This document shows, piece by piece, positions 1 through 12,601 of a stretch of DNA of 64,000 nt. The notes below the pieces were generated by a model. It was not told where the DNA came from. It saw only the letters and a list, made by a program, of their open reading frames with translations, and did no database searches. The DNA comes from Eledone cirrhosa (lineage: Eukaryota), in assembly GCA_964016885.1 (NCBI GenBank), contig OZ024755.1, forward strand, positions 35,402,001 through 35,466,000, read 5' to 3'. The position numbers and the translations under genes were made by a program. The first letter of the stretch is position 1. Each line of letters begins with the position of its first letter.

Positions 1-41
1 AAATATATGAATGTTTATATAAGCGATGTAATAAGTGTTAT

Positions 42-215
42 AATTGTTTCTACTTTTGGCACAAAGCCAGCAATTATCCCAGTGTATTACTGGTACTTTA
101 TTTTATCGACCCCGTAAGGATGAAAGGCAAAGTTAACCTCGGCGGGATTTGAACTCAGATCATAAAAGGCCATAACTCTTTGCTGCAAAGCATGCCGTCA
201 GACCCTAAATTTACC
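42..215 (-). mobile_element. tRNA-derived SINE family A (representative copy; about 22 copies/fragments in window)
   Basis: Sense consensus GGCGGTGGATTGGCAGTATCGG (A box)...GAGTTCAAATCC (B box)...GCCTTTCATCCTTACGGGGTCGATAAAATAAAGTACCAGT...GTAGAAACAATT. Other copies near 2012-2228, 9465-9657, 17712-17890, 20521-20665, 23229-23319, 31596-31783, 32074-32260, 32274-32450, 33220-33311, 42726-42914, 46722-47137 (3), 51096-51203, 51718-51910, 52011-52128, 52368-52547, 56384-56508, 61923-62112, 62141-62308, 62979-63086. Confidence 0.85.
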
Positions 216-370
216 AAAATTGCCCCCCCCCCCAATTCAGAAATGTTTCCACCACTCCCTGAGCTACCCAGCTTGCCACTATAGTTGTAGTAGTAGCAGT
301 AATTCTGGTAAAGCACGAAGAGAACCATAATCGGTTTTATCTCTGTTAATCGCTGATGTTTTAATGGTTT

Positions 371-490
371 AGGCATGTGGCTGAGTGGTTAGAGAATTGG
401 ATTCGCAGTCGCAAGGTTGTGAGTTCGATTCCTGGACTGGGCGATGTGTTATGTCGTTGGGCAAGACACTTTATTTCTTGTTGCTCCTTC
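371..490 (+). mobile_element. tRNA-head SINE 5' fragment (family B/C head)
   Basis: TGGCTGAGTGGTTAG A box, GAGTTCGATTCC B box, then GCAAGACACTTTATTTC as in family B. Confidence 0.7.
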
Positions 491-774
491 TACCCGGAGT
501 TGTGACCGATAGATAGTATTAGCAATTGGAAAGATCAATGGAATCGGTCTGATTTGACGAAAGTCGATCGCTCCTTACTAAAAAGGGCCATGATCCTAAC
601 TTACCAATTTATAAACTTACCTGATTACCAATTTATGATAATAGTAATTACTGTATGTACTCGAATATAAGTTGATTCGAATATTTGAATATTTGTGTGG
701 AAATATATAAAGAATGGTGGTCAGAATTTTGTATAAAACTGGCTTTTGGGAGTGGTTGGTATGTATGTGTTTGT

Positions 775-962
775 GTATGTTTGTATGTATATGATTGTGT
801 GTATGTTTGTATGTATATGATTGTGTGTATGTTTCTATGTATATGATTGTGTGTATGTTTCTATGTATATGATTGTGTGTATGTTTCTATGTATATGATT
901 GTGTGTATGTTTCTATGTATATGATTGTGTGTATGTTTCTATGTATATGATTGTGTGTATGT
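775..962. repeat. 26-bp minisatellite, about 7 copies
   Basis: Unit GTATGTATATGATTGTGTGTATGTTT repeated. Confidence 0.85.
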
Positions 963-2416
963 GAGTGTGTTGCCGTTTTGAATACCTTTCTGCGATTGAA
1001 CTTAAATTGACGCCTGGCAATTAAAGGCCCAACCACACACACACACACACACACTTGTGTTAGGTTTTGTACCCATTTCAACTGCAGCCATACACCAGAT
1101 AATGTAGTAAGTCTTATATTTCAAAATTTAAATTTTGAATTTGTTTTAATTATAAAATTACACCTCAGCTAAAAACACTTTTTATGGCTTTGGAAAATTA
1201 AGACAATATTAAAATTGCTTTTACACTAATACCTAAGTGTCATCTTTCTATGTAAGATGATTTCAATATCTTATTTGAAATTTAAATTGACGGGGGGGGG
1301 GGGGGGGGGGACAAAAAGGTTTGCACCCAAAGGGGGCGCTGGCTTAAAAAAAAGGTTGGGAAACCCTGATTTTTGTTTCACAAATCCACTACATAATGAC
1401 TTTTTAGTCTAAAAGTGATATTTAACCATTATGGATATCATTAAGACCTGAAGAGGCAATAGTTGAAAGATGAACTAAGAGAACACTGTAGAGGGATTCA
1501 GAGTAGACGGGGGAGGAAGAGACGTGTGAGAGAGAGAGAGGAAAAGTAGAGAGGAGAGACAGTGATAAGAGAGAGCAAGAGTGAAAGGGGGAGGAAGGGG
1601 CATGTGAGAGAGAGAGAGAAGTAGAGAGGAGAGGCAGAGTGATAAAAAGAGAGAGCAAGAGTGAAAGGGGGAGGAAGGGGCATGAGAGAGAGAGAGAGAG
1701 GAGAAATAGAGAGGAGAGGTAGAGTGATAAAAAGAGAGAGCCAGGGTGAAAGGGGGAGGAAGAGTGAAATAAAACAACGCTGAAAGAAAATATAATTATT
1801 GTGTCGTCAAGTATGAAATTTGTAGAAATATGTAGAAAAAAAACAAATTTCTACAAATTTCATACTTGACCCAATAAGTCAGAGAACAAAACAATCGGTA
1901 CATGTGTGCATGTGTGCATGTGTGTATGTGTGCATGTGTGCATGTGTGCATGTGTGCACACGTGTGTGTATGAATGTGTATATGTGTAAGGGATATTAAA
2001 AAGTTCAAATATTGGTTTCTTATATAGGCACAAGGCCAGCAATTTTGGGGGAGGGGAAAGTCGATTAAATCAACCCCAGTGCGTGACTGGTACTTTATTT
2101 TATCGACCCCGTAAGGTTGAAAAGCAAAGGCAAAGTTAACCTCGGCAAGATTTGAACTCAGATCATAAAGGGCCGTAACTCTATGCTGCAAAGAATGGCG
2201 TCTCTACCGATACTGCCTATCCACCGCTAAAAAGTTCAATGTTCTCAATGGTAGGCTTGAATATAACACACAATGATATAGTAACTGTAGATAAACAGTT
2301 CCATTGTGAAATAATCACTCCTGATATTTTAGCACATTAATTACATAAAATTTGAAGTAGGTGAAGCTCATGTAATGTCTATCTTCTCTGCACTGGCAAG
2401 AGTTGGATATATTATG

Positions 2417-3846
2417 ATCATCATCATCATCATTTAACGTCCGCTTTTCCCCGCTTGCAAGGGTGGGACGGGTCCTATTCAGCACAGCATCTCTCCACTT
2501 GTCACGGTCCTTCGTCATCTCCACCGTGAGTTTCAGCGATCTGAGGTCAGCTCTCGCCACCTCCGCCCATGTTTTTCGTGGTCTTCCTCTACCAGGTCTT
2601 CCTTCTACTGGGATTTCTTGGCACTTCTTTACCCAGTGGTCATCCTCCATGTGCATCACATGTCCATACAACCTCAGTCTCCTCTCCCGTACACTACATT
2701 CTATCCCTCTCAGACACAGTTTCTCTCTCAACACATCACATGTCCATACCACCTCAGTCTCCTCTCCCGCACACTACATTATATCCCTCTCAGACACAGT
2801 TTCTCTCTCAACACATCACATGTCCATACAACCTCAGTCTCCTCTCCCGCACACTACATTATATCCCTCTCAGACACAGTTTCTCTCTCAACACATCACA
2901 TGTCCATACCACCTCAGTCTCCTCTCCCGCACACTACATTATATCCCTCTCAGACACAGTTTCTCTTTCAACACATCACATGTCCATACCACCTCAGTCT
3001 CCTCTCCCGCACACTACATTCTATCCCTCTCAGACACAGTTTCTCTCTCAACACATCACATGTCCATACCACCTCAGTCTCCTCTCCCGCACATCTACAT
3101 TCTATCCCTCTCAGACACAGTTTCTCTCTCAACACATCACATGTCCATACCACCTCAGTCTCCTCTCCCACACACTACATTCTATCCCTCTCAGACACAG
3201 TTTCTCTCTCAACATATCACATGTCCATACCACCTCAGTCTCCTCTCCCGTACACTACATTCTATCCCTCTCAGACACAGTTTCTCTCTCAACACATCAC
3301 ATATCCATACCACCTCAGTCTCCTCTCCCGCACACTACATTCTATCCCTCTCAGACACAGTTTCTCTCTCAACACATCACATGTCCATACCACCTCAGTC
3401 TCCTCTCCCGCACACTACATTCTATCCCTCTCAGACACAGTTTCTCCCTCAACACATCACATGTCCATACCACCTCAGTCTCCTCTCCCGCACATCTACA
3501 TTCTATCCCTCTCAGACACAGTTTCTCTCTCAACACATCACATATCCATACCACCTCAGTCTCCTCTCCCGCACACTACATTCTATCCCTCTCAGACACA
3601 GTTTCTCCCTCAACACATCACATGTCCATACCACCTCAGTCTCCTCTCCCGCACACTACATTCTATCCCTCTCAGACACAGTTTCTCTCTCAACACATCC
3701 ATGCTGGGTCGTTCACGCACATTGACATAGCACATCCAACGGAGCATACTTGCCTCATTTCTCTCCAGCCGTCGCATATCCTCTGCAGTTGCTGCCCAAG
3801 TCTCACTACCATGCAGCATCGCGCTCCTCACATAGGCATCATATAA
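2417..3846 (-). mobile_element. RTE LINE 3' fragment with internal 80-bp tandem amplification
   Basis: Translates to MLHGSETWA..RRLERNEASMLRW..RRLRWYGHVM..RPGRGRPRKTW; (GAT)n tail at 2417-2433. Confidence 0.9.
2661..3698. repeat. 80-bp tandem array (13 units) derived from RTE ORF
   Basis: Unit starts TGTCCATAC at 2661, 2741, 2821, 2901, 2981, 3061, 3142 ... 3623. Confidence 0.95.
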
Positions 3847-4064
3847 ACTATATAAACATAAATATATATAATATATGTATATATATTACATATACCTTTA
3901 TATTCACATGTACATGATACTCATATGTACATGCATCTATATATTTCTTTACACTATATATGGTGTGCAGGTTCAATCAGGAATAACCACAGTAAGTAAG
4001 GTTCTCAATACATAGCAGAGTATAAATATTTAATATAGAAATGGTTTCTACAAGAATAGAACTG

Positions 4065-4111
4065 TTTCCTGATGATTTCCTTCGAATGAAACAGTTCAAG
4101 TCCTGTAGAAG
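4065..4111 (+). ncRNA. Type I hammerhead ribozyme motif in short fold-back element (3969-4125)
   Basis: TTTC-CTGATGA-tTTCcttcGAAt-GAAA-CAG[ttcaagtc]CTG-TA-GAAG; same family at 21100-21210 and 27089-27214. Confidence 0.65.
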
Positions 4112-4370
4112 CCATTTTTATATGATATATATATATATATACACACACACACTCATACATATGTAGTTATACATGCATCCATATATATGCATATATATAT
4201 ATATATACACACACACATACATATGTAGTTATACATTCATCCATATATATGCATATATATATATATATACACACACACATACATATGTAGTTATACATGC
4301 ATCCATATATATGCATATATATATATATATACCCATGCAAGCGTGGAAGATGGACGTTAAACGATGATGA

Positions 4371-4414
<44 letters not shown>

Positions 4415-4436
4415 ATACATATGTCTTTATACATGC

Positions 4437-4476
<40 letters not shown>

Positions 4477-5014
4477 TCATGCAATGTATATATATATATA
4501 TATGTATGTGTATGTGTCTGTGTCTGTGTGTGTGAGTGTGTGTGTGTGTTGTAGTAACCTCGGATAGGAAAGAAGGGAGGAAAGAAGGAAAGAAAGCAGA
4601 GGAAATCCTTAAAAATGTTGAGGACCAAGACCAGATCTGTGACAAATTGACTTGGCCATGTACTTTAAAATAAGATACCATTAACATTGCTTTGTGAAGT
4701 AGAAAGAAGGTGGAGAATACACATGAATGAAATGCTGGACATGTCAGAGAAAATGAGGTGGGAATGGTGATTCTTCTCATGTTTCTAAGAGTTTGCTTGC
4801 TGAAGGACTGAATGATGAATGACAGATAAATTGCATGGCCTAAGTGTCAATGTACTATCTCTATTGTTGACATTATTATCTGTAACACATGCGTTGTATA
4901 ATATTCCTCAATGCATATGTATTTCCTCTTGTATGTGCATGTGTGGGTGTGTACATGTGTTTGTGTGCAAGTGGGTATATATACATATGGCAGTATATAA
5001 TTGTTTTTGTATGC

Positions 5015-5056
<42 letters not shown>

Positions 5057-5087
5057 GCCAGTATATAATTGTTTTTGTATGTATGTA

Positions 5088-5348
5088 GCAGACTGAGCTG
5101 GTATGGACATGTGATGCGCATGGAGGATGACCGATGGGTGAAGAAGTGCCAGGAAATGCCAGTTGAAGGAAGATGTGGTAGAGGTAGACCACGAAAAACA
5201 TGGGCGGAGGTGGTGAGAACAGACCTCAGATCATTGAAGCTCACGGTGGAGATGACGAAGGACCGTGACGAGTGGAGAGATGCTGTGCTGAATAAGACCC
5301 GTCCCACCCTTGCAAGCAGGGTAAAGCGGACGTAAAATGATGATGATG

Positions 5349-5353
<5 letters not shown>
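5088..5353 (+). mobile_element. RTE LINE 3' end fragment
   Basis: RLSWYGHVMRMEDDRWVKKC..GRGRPRKTW; ends GCGGACGTAAAA(TGA)n. Confidence 0.9.
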
Positions 5354-5402
<49 letters not shown>

Positions 5403-5440
5403 ATATTAATAAATGGAAACTATATTTATAAAACCATAAT

Positions 5441-5506
5441 TATTTTATTATATATATTTCAAGGGCAAGCAAGGCAAATTTTGGTGCGCTTTCATCAGAT
5501 AAAATA
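5441..5506 (-). ncRNA. Type I hammerhead ribozyme motif
   Basis: rc: TATTTTAT-CTGATGA-AAGCGCACC..TGCCCTT-GAAA-TATATA-TA-ATAAAATA; 8-bp stem I. Confidence 0.75.
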
Positions 5507-5572
5507 TATATATTTATATATATATATCAATATATCTTTATAAAACCATATTTATTTTATTATACATATAAC

Positions 5573-5607
<35 letters not shown>

Positions 5608-5735
5608 TTCACGGGACTAGCATGGGTATCACTGCTAGGACCAGTTGCATATCAGCGTACTCAATAAGTACTCCCAGAGTATACACATAGTCATTCGCTT
5701 TGATACAACACACGTAAATGGGTACCTTCAATTGT

Positions 5736-5848
5736 CCCCCAACTCGAGTTTCGGCCACACCTAGTGCAGCAGTAGAGTGCACAGCACACTGTGTCTGCAT
5801 ATATTATGCAACAATGCATAATCAGTGCATGTGGCTTCATCAGTGAGT
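5736..5848 (-). ncRNA. Hammerhead motif with long (about 84 nt) stem II insert, in element 5607-5980
   Basis: rc: CTGATGA-aGCCACAT...GTGTGGCc-GAAA-CTCGAG-TT; stem I weak. Confidence 0.55.
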
Positions 5849-5980
5849 TTCACCTAATCAATAACCAATCGATCGACAGAATTCAACTCCAGATCGTGCC
5901 GGCTATGACTATGTGACAGCCAACAGTAAAACGTTGGTGACTGGAATCTCTCCGTGTCACAATGTCGTCTCCGGATCTAT

Positions 5981-8775
5981 AGGGCATCCAGCTGTAGAAA
6001 GGGCATCCAGCTGTAGAAAGAGCATCCAGCTGTAGAAAGGGCATCCAGCTGTGGAAAGAGCATCCAGCCGTGGAAAGGGCATCCAGCCGTAGAAAGGGCA
6101 TCCAGCCGTAGAAAGGGCATCCAGCTGTGGAAAGGGCATCCAGCTGTGGAAAGGGCATCCAGCTGTGGAAAGGGCATCCAGCTGTGGAAAGGGCATCCAG
6201 CTGTGGAAAGGGCATCCAGCTGTGGAAAGGGCATCCAGCTGTGGAAAGGGCATCCAGCTGTGGAAAGGGCATCCAGCTGTGGAAAGGGCATCCAGCTGTG
6301 GAAAGGGCATCCAGCTGTGGAAAGGGCATCCAGCTGTGGAAAGGGCATCCAGCTGTGGAAAGGGCATCCAGCTGTGGAAAGGGCATCCAGCTGTGGAAAG
6401 GGCATCCAGCTGTAGAAAGGGCATCCAGCTGTAGAAAGGGCATCCAGCTGTAGAAAGGGCATCCAGCCGTAGAAAGGGCATCCAGCTGTGGAAAGGGCAT
6501 CCAGCTGTAGAAAGGGCATCCAGCTGTAGAAAGGGCATCCAGCCGTAGAAAGGGCATCCAGCTGTAGAAAGGGCATCCAGCCGTAGAAAGGGCATCCAGC
6601 TGTAGAAAGGGCATCCAGCTGTAGAAAGGGCATCCAACTGTAGAAAGGGCATCCAGCCGTAGAAAGGGCATCCAGCTGTAGAAAGGGCATCCAGCTGTAG
6701 AAAGGGCATCCAGCTGTAGAAAGGGCATCCAGCTGTAGAAAGGGCATCCAGCTGTGGAAAGGGCATCCAGCTGTGGAAAGGGCATCCAGCTGTAGAAAGG
6801 GCATCCAGCTGTAGAAAGGGCATCCAGCTGTAGAAAGGGCATCCAGCTGTAGAAAGGGCATCCAGCTGTAGAAAGGGCATCCAGCTGTAGAAAGGGCATC
6901 CAGCTGTAGAAAGGGCATCCAGCTGTAGAAAGGGCATCCAGCTGTAGAAAGGGCATCCAGCTGTAGAAAGGGCATCCAGCCGTAGAAAGGGCATCCAGCC
7001 GTAGAAAGGGCATCCAGCTGTAGAAAGGGCATCCAGCCGTAGAAAGGGCATCCAGCCGTAGAAAGGGCATCCAGCTGTAGAAAGGGCATCCAGCTGTAGA
7101 AAGGGCATCCAGCTGTAGAAAGGGCATCCAGCTGTAGAAAGGGCATCCAGCTGTAGAAAGGGCATCCAGCTGTAGAAAGGGCATCCAGCCGTAGAAAGGG
7201 CATCCAGCCGTAGAAAGGGCATCCAGCTGTAGAAAGGGCATCCAGCTGTAGAAAGGGCATCCAGCCGTAGAAAGGGCATCCAGCTGTAGAAAGGGCATCC
7301 AGCTGTAGAAAGGGCATCCAGCTGTAGAAAGGGCATCCAGCTGTAGAAAGGGCATCCAGCTGTAGAAAGGGCATCCAGCTGTAGAAAGGGCATCCAGCTG
7401 TAGAAAGGGCATCCAGCTGTAGAAAGGGCATCCAGCTGTAGAAAGGGCATCCAGCTGTAGAAAGGGCATCCAGCTGTAGAAAGGGCATCCAGCTGTAGAA
7501 AGGGCATCCAGCTGTAGAAAGGGCATCCAGCTGTGGAAAGGGCATCCAGCTGTAGAAAGGGCATCCAGCTGTAGAAAGGGCATCCAGCTGTGGAAAGGGC
7601 ATCCAGCTGTAGAAAGGGCATCCAGCTGTAGAAAGGGCATCCAGCTGTGGAAAGGGCATCCAGCTGTGGAAAGGGCATCCAGCTGTAGAAAGGGCATCCA
7701 GCTGTAGAAAGGGCATCCAGCTGTGGAAAGGGCATCCAGCTGTAGAAAGGGCATCCAGCTGTAGAAAGGGCATCCAGCTGTAGAAAGGGCATCCAACCGT
7801 AGAAAGGGCATCCAGCCGTAGAAAGGGCATCCAGCTGTAGAAAGGGCATCCAGCTGTAGAAAGGGCATCCAGCTGTAGAAAGGGCATCCAGCTGTGGAAA
7901 GGGCATCCAGCTGTAGAAAGGGCATCCAGCTGTAGAAAGGGCATCCAGCTGTAGAAAGGGCATCCAGCTGTAGAAAGGGCATCCAGCTGTAGAAAGGGCA
8001 TCCAGCTGTAGAAAGGGCATCCAGCTGTAGAAAGGGCATCCAGCTGTAGAAAGGGCATCCAGCTGTAGAAAGGGCATCCAGCTGTGGAAAGGGCATCCAG
8101 CTGTAGAAAGGGCATCCAGCTGTAGAAAGGGCATCCAGCTGTGGAAAGGGCATCCAGCTGTAGAAAGGGCATCCAGCTGTAGAAAGGGCATCCAGCTGTA
8201 GAAAGGGCATCCAGCTGTAGAAAGGGCATCCAGCTGTAGAAAGGGCATCCAGCCGTAGAAAGAGCATCCAGCTGTAGAAAGGGCATCCAGCTGTGGAAAG
8301 GGCATCCAGCTGTGGAAAGGGCATCCAGCCGTAGAAAGAGCATCCAGCTGTAGAAAGGGCATCCAGCTGTGGAAAGGGCATCCAGCTGTAGAAAGGGCAT
8401 CCAGCTGTAGAAAGGGCATCCAGCTGTAGAAAGGGCATCCAGCTGTAGAAAGGGCATCCAGCCGTAGAAAGAGCATCCAGCTGTAGAAAGGGCATCCAGC
8501 TGTGGAAAGGGCATCCAGCTGTAGAAAGGGCATCCAGCTGTAGAAAGGGCATCCAGCTGTAGAAAGGGCATCCAGCCGTAGAAAGAGCATCCAGCTGTAG
8601 AAAGGGCATCCAGCTGTGGAAAGGGCATCCAGCTGTAGAAAGGGCATCCAGCCGTAGAAAGAGCATCCAGCTGTAGAAAGGGCATCCAGCTGTGGAAAGG
8701 GCATCCAGCTGTGGAAAGGGCATCCAGCTGTGGAAAGGGCATCCAGCTGTGGAAAGGGCATCCAGCTGTGGAAAG
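5981..8775. repeat. 19-bp minisatellite, about 147 units
   Basis: Unit AGGGCATCCAGCTGTAGAA with variants GCTGTGG, GCCGTAG, AAGAGC; identical to a segment of the RTE 3'UTR/SINE B. Confidence 0.97.
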
Positions 8776-8924
8776 CATGCCAAGTAAAGTGTATCAGTGA
8801 AACACAGTCAACTGAACTGCCTGTCAAGCCAGATATATATGTATATATATTTACATACATATATATCTATGTATATATATTTATATATATTTATATACGT
8901 GTATATATATATTTAAAAAAAAGG

Positions 8925-9268
8925 GGGGTAAAGACCCCCTTCGGTCACGAATGACCTTGGGATTTGCACCTAGAAAGTTCCCCTCTGAGGCACAAGTCCA
9001 GGCAAGGTTTGTTTGTGGAAGACCAATAGTCACCCATGCATACCAGTCTCCCCTCTCCATGCCACCGATGAGGTCCAAGGGAAAGGCAATGGCCGATACA
9101 GCTTGGCACCTGTGACGTCGCATCTCATTTCTACAGCTGAGTAAACTGGAGCAACATGAAATAAAGTGTCTTGCTCAAGGACACAACGCATCATCCGATC
9201 CGAGAATCGAACTCATAACCTTCTGATTGCAAGTTCAATGCTCTAACCACTAAGCCATGCACCTTCAC
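8925..9268 (-). mobile_element. tRNA-derived SINE family C (same head as B, different body)
   Basis: Head GGCTTAGTGGTTAGAGC..GAGTTCGATTC; body GCCAAGCTGTATCGGCC..GGAGAGGGGAGACTGG; second copy 20240-20503 (+). Confidence 0.8.
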
Positions 9269-9656
9269 AATATATATTTATTTATTAAAATAACAGATTA
9301 AAGTTTAAGCAAAGAATCGCTGCTTTCACCCTTAACTTTAATCTGTTATTTTAATAAATATTTGCTCTACGGTTCTTATATATCTGATATATATTTATCC
9401 TTATCGAGCCCTCTTTGGATTTTAGTCTTCAAATTTATTATTATTACTATATATATATATATAATGGCGGTGAATTGGCAGTAACGGTAGAGGGTCGGAC
9501 GCCATGCTTTGACGCATAGAGTTACGGCCCTTGCCATTCTGAGGAGTTCAAATCCCGCCGAGGTTAACTTTGCCTTTCATCCTTACGGGGTCGATAAAAT
9601 AAAGTACCAGTAATACACTGGGAAATTGCTGGCCTTGTGCCAAAAGTAGAAACAAT

Positions 9657-9689
<33 letters not shown>

Positions 9690-9692
<3 letters not shown>

Positions 9693-9890
9693 AAGAACAA
9701 AGAAAGTGTGGTAAGGAACCAGATGGACCATAACGCACCAGAGTACTCAATATTTAGGGTAGTAGAGTGGGTAATAGCAAAAGAGTCAGGACACCGACGG
9801 CTGAGCTCCGACTCTTTTGACAGATCCGAACTAGTTCAGATCTAGCTGTGGAAACGGCTGAAGCTCAGCCGTTGGTGTCGCGACTCTTTT

Positions 9891-9892
<2 letters not shown>
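9690..9892 (-). mobile_element. Short fold-back element in (TA)n; family with copies at 18912-19095, 50498-50688, 54442-54654
   Basis: Shared tail CCCACTCTACTACCCTAAGTATTGAGTACTCTGGTGCGTTATGGTCC and inverted 5' arm; carries 3' half of a hammerhead. Confidence 0.7.
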
Positions 9893-9930
<38 letters not shown>

Positions 9931-10211
9931 CACACACATACATATATATCTTTATGTATATATGTATGTCTATATATATATATGTGTGTGTGTGTAAATA
10001 TTCATATGCATACATAGATTCATACACACACACATATATATATATATATATATGTATATATGCATACAGTCACACACACTGACATAAACATACAAACACA
10101 CACACTGGAACATAAATACTTTGCATAGACAGAGATAATTAATTTGTAGAGGAAGGGATGAAGCCTTGCAGTGTCTGGTGTCATCTCTACCTCAGTATGT
10201 TGTTGATGAGA

Positions 10212-10732
10212 TGGGTGAGGGGGGTGAGGGCGGTGAGGGGGGTAGAGGGGTGAGAGGGGGGGGAGAAGAGAGAGTGTAAAGGAGAGAGAGAGAGAGAAAG
10301 AGTGTAAAGGAGAGAGAGAGAGAGAGAGAGAAAGAGTGTAAAGGAGAAAGAGAAAGAGTGTAAAGGAGAGAAAGAGTGTAAAGGAGAGAAAGAGAGTAAA
10401 GAAGGGAGAGAAAGAGTTAGAAAGAGTGAAGGAGAGAGAAAGAGAGTGAGAAAGAGAGAAAGAGAGTAAAGAAGGGAGAGAGAAAGAGAGAAAGAGAGTA
10501 AAGAAGGGAGAGAGAAAGAGAGAAAGAGTAAAGAAGGGAGAGAGAAAGAGAAAGAGTAAAGAAGGGAGAGAGAAAGAGAGTAAAGAAGGGAGAGAAAGAG
10601 AGAAAGAGAGAAAGAGTGTAAAGACTGAAAGAGTGTAAAGAAGGGAGAGAGAAAGAGTGTAAATGAGAGTGAGAGGTAGAAAGAGTGAGGAAACAACCCA
10701 ACTAACTGAGAGAGAGAGAGAGAAAGAGAGAA

Positions 10733-10783
<51 letters not shown>

Positions 10784-10784
10784 A

Positions 10785-10830
<46 letters not shown>

Positions 10831-10895
10831 GGGAGGGGGGGGGAGAGAGAAAGAGAGGGGGGAGAGAGAGAGAGAAAGAGAGAGGGAGAGAGAGA
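10212..10895. repeat. (GA)-rich low-complexity/purine tract
   Basis: GAGAGAAAGAG-type repeats. Confidence 0.95.
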
Positions 10896-10925
10896 TTGAT
10901 GGCCAATCTATGTTGTTGATATCCA

Positions 10926-11003
10926 CTAAGTCATCACTTCACCAGAATGATGTTTTACATAATCTTCAAAGTAGGTTTTCTTCATCTTCCAATAAGGAAC
11001 CAT
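10926..11003 (-). CDS. Candidate terminal exon (phase 0)
   Basis: TCTTTCTAG acceptor, MVPYWKMKKTYFEDYVKHHSGEVMT*. Confidence 0.3.
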   Translation of the reverse strand: MVPYWKMKKTYFEDYVKHHSGEVMT

Positions 11004-11029
11004 CTAGAAAGACTTCCAATTTCACTACT

Positions 11030-11848
11030 ACACATATATATATATATATATATACTACATATATACATACACCCCATACATATACATATATGCATGTATA
11101 TACACATGCAAGCATACATATATACATACATACACCCCATACATATACATATATGCATGTATATACACATGCAAGCATACATATATACATACATACACCC
11201 CATACATATACATATATATATACACATGCAAGCATACATATATACATACATACACCCCATACATATACATATATGCATGTATATACACATGCAAGCATAC
11301 ATATATACATGCATTACATGGACATATATACATACACCCCACACATATACATATATGCATGTATATACACATGCAAGCATACATATATACATGCATTACA
11401 TGGACATATATATATATACACCCCATACATATACATAGACATATATATACATCATACACCCCATACATATACATATATGCATGTATATACATATACACAT
11501 ACAGGCATACATATATACATGCATACACATATGTATATACACCCATACATATACACGTATATACATTTACACATGCAAGCATACATATATACATGCATAC
11601 ACACCCCCAAACATATACATGTATATACATACACATATGCAAGCATACATATATACATGCATACACTTCATGTATATACACCCCCAAACATATACGTGTA
11701 TATACATACACATATGCAAGCATACATATATACATGCATACACATGTATATACACCCCCATACATATACATATACACATGCAAGCATACATATATATACA
11801 TACATACACATTCATCTATATACACCCCCATACATATACATATGCATG

Positions 11849-11905
<57 letters not shown>

Positions 11906-12600
11906 GATCGAGTATCGAAAAATCGGCGCACGAGTTCACGATAAACAAAATTCGAAATGAGCGGCAGAGGGCTCAATAATTCAGATGAATCAGAGCTATA
12001 TATATATATATATTTGCATATGTATATGCATGGGCTATGTATTTACATAAATATGTATATGTATGTATATATGTGTGTATATGTATGTATATATATGTAT
12101 GCCTGTATATCTATATGTGTATACACATGCAGGCATACATATACACATACATATACACATGCATGTACATATATACATACCCACTGTACATATGCAAATA
12201 TATACACACACACATGCAGACATATATATATATATATACACACTTATATACATACATACATACACACATATACACGCCCCATACATATACAAATATATAC
12301 ACACATACATATACACACATATACATACACATTTATATAAATACACCGCCCCCCCATACATATACATATGCAAATAAATACACACACGCACACCAGCAGA
12401 CATACGTATATATATACATACATATACACACTTATATACATACATATACAAATACATACACACACATGCAGACATGTATAAACACACGTATATACATACA
12501 TACACATATATAAATACATACCCCCCATCCATATACATATGAAAATATATAGACACACACATGCATACATACATATCCATACACTCATTTATACATACAT
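11030..12600. repeat. Complex (TA/CA) minisatellite-microsatellite block
   Basis: Recurrent CACCCCATACATATACATATATGCATGTATATACACATGCAAGC units plus (TA)n. Confidence 0.9.
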
Positions 12601-12601
12601 G

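Noticed and set aside
1448-1470. CTGAAGA..GAAA hammerhead-like core
   Set aside because: No convincing stem I, II or III pairing
2463-3846. 370-425 aa plus-strand ORFs
   Set aside because: Antisense read-through of the 80-bp RTE-derived array
5883-8860. Three 930-970 aa ORFs
   Set aside because: Translation of a stop-free 19-bp satellite in all frames; not a gene
10910-12588. Many Y/I/H/T/C-rich ORFs (also 41629-42646, 44049-44794, 55015-55645)
   Set aside because: Microsatellite translations
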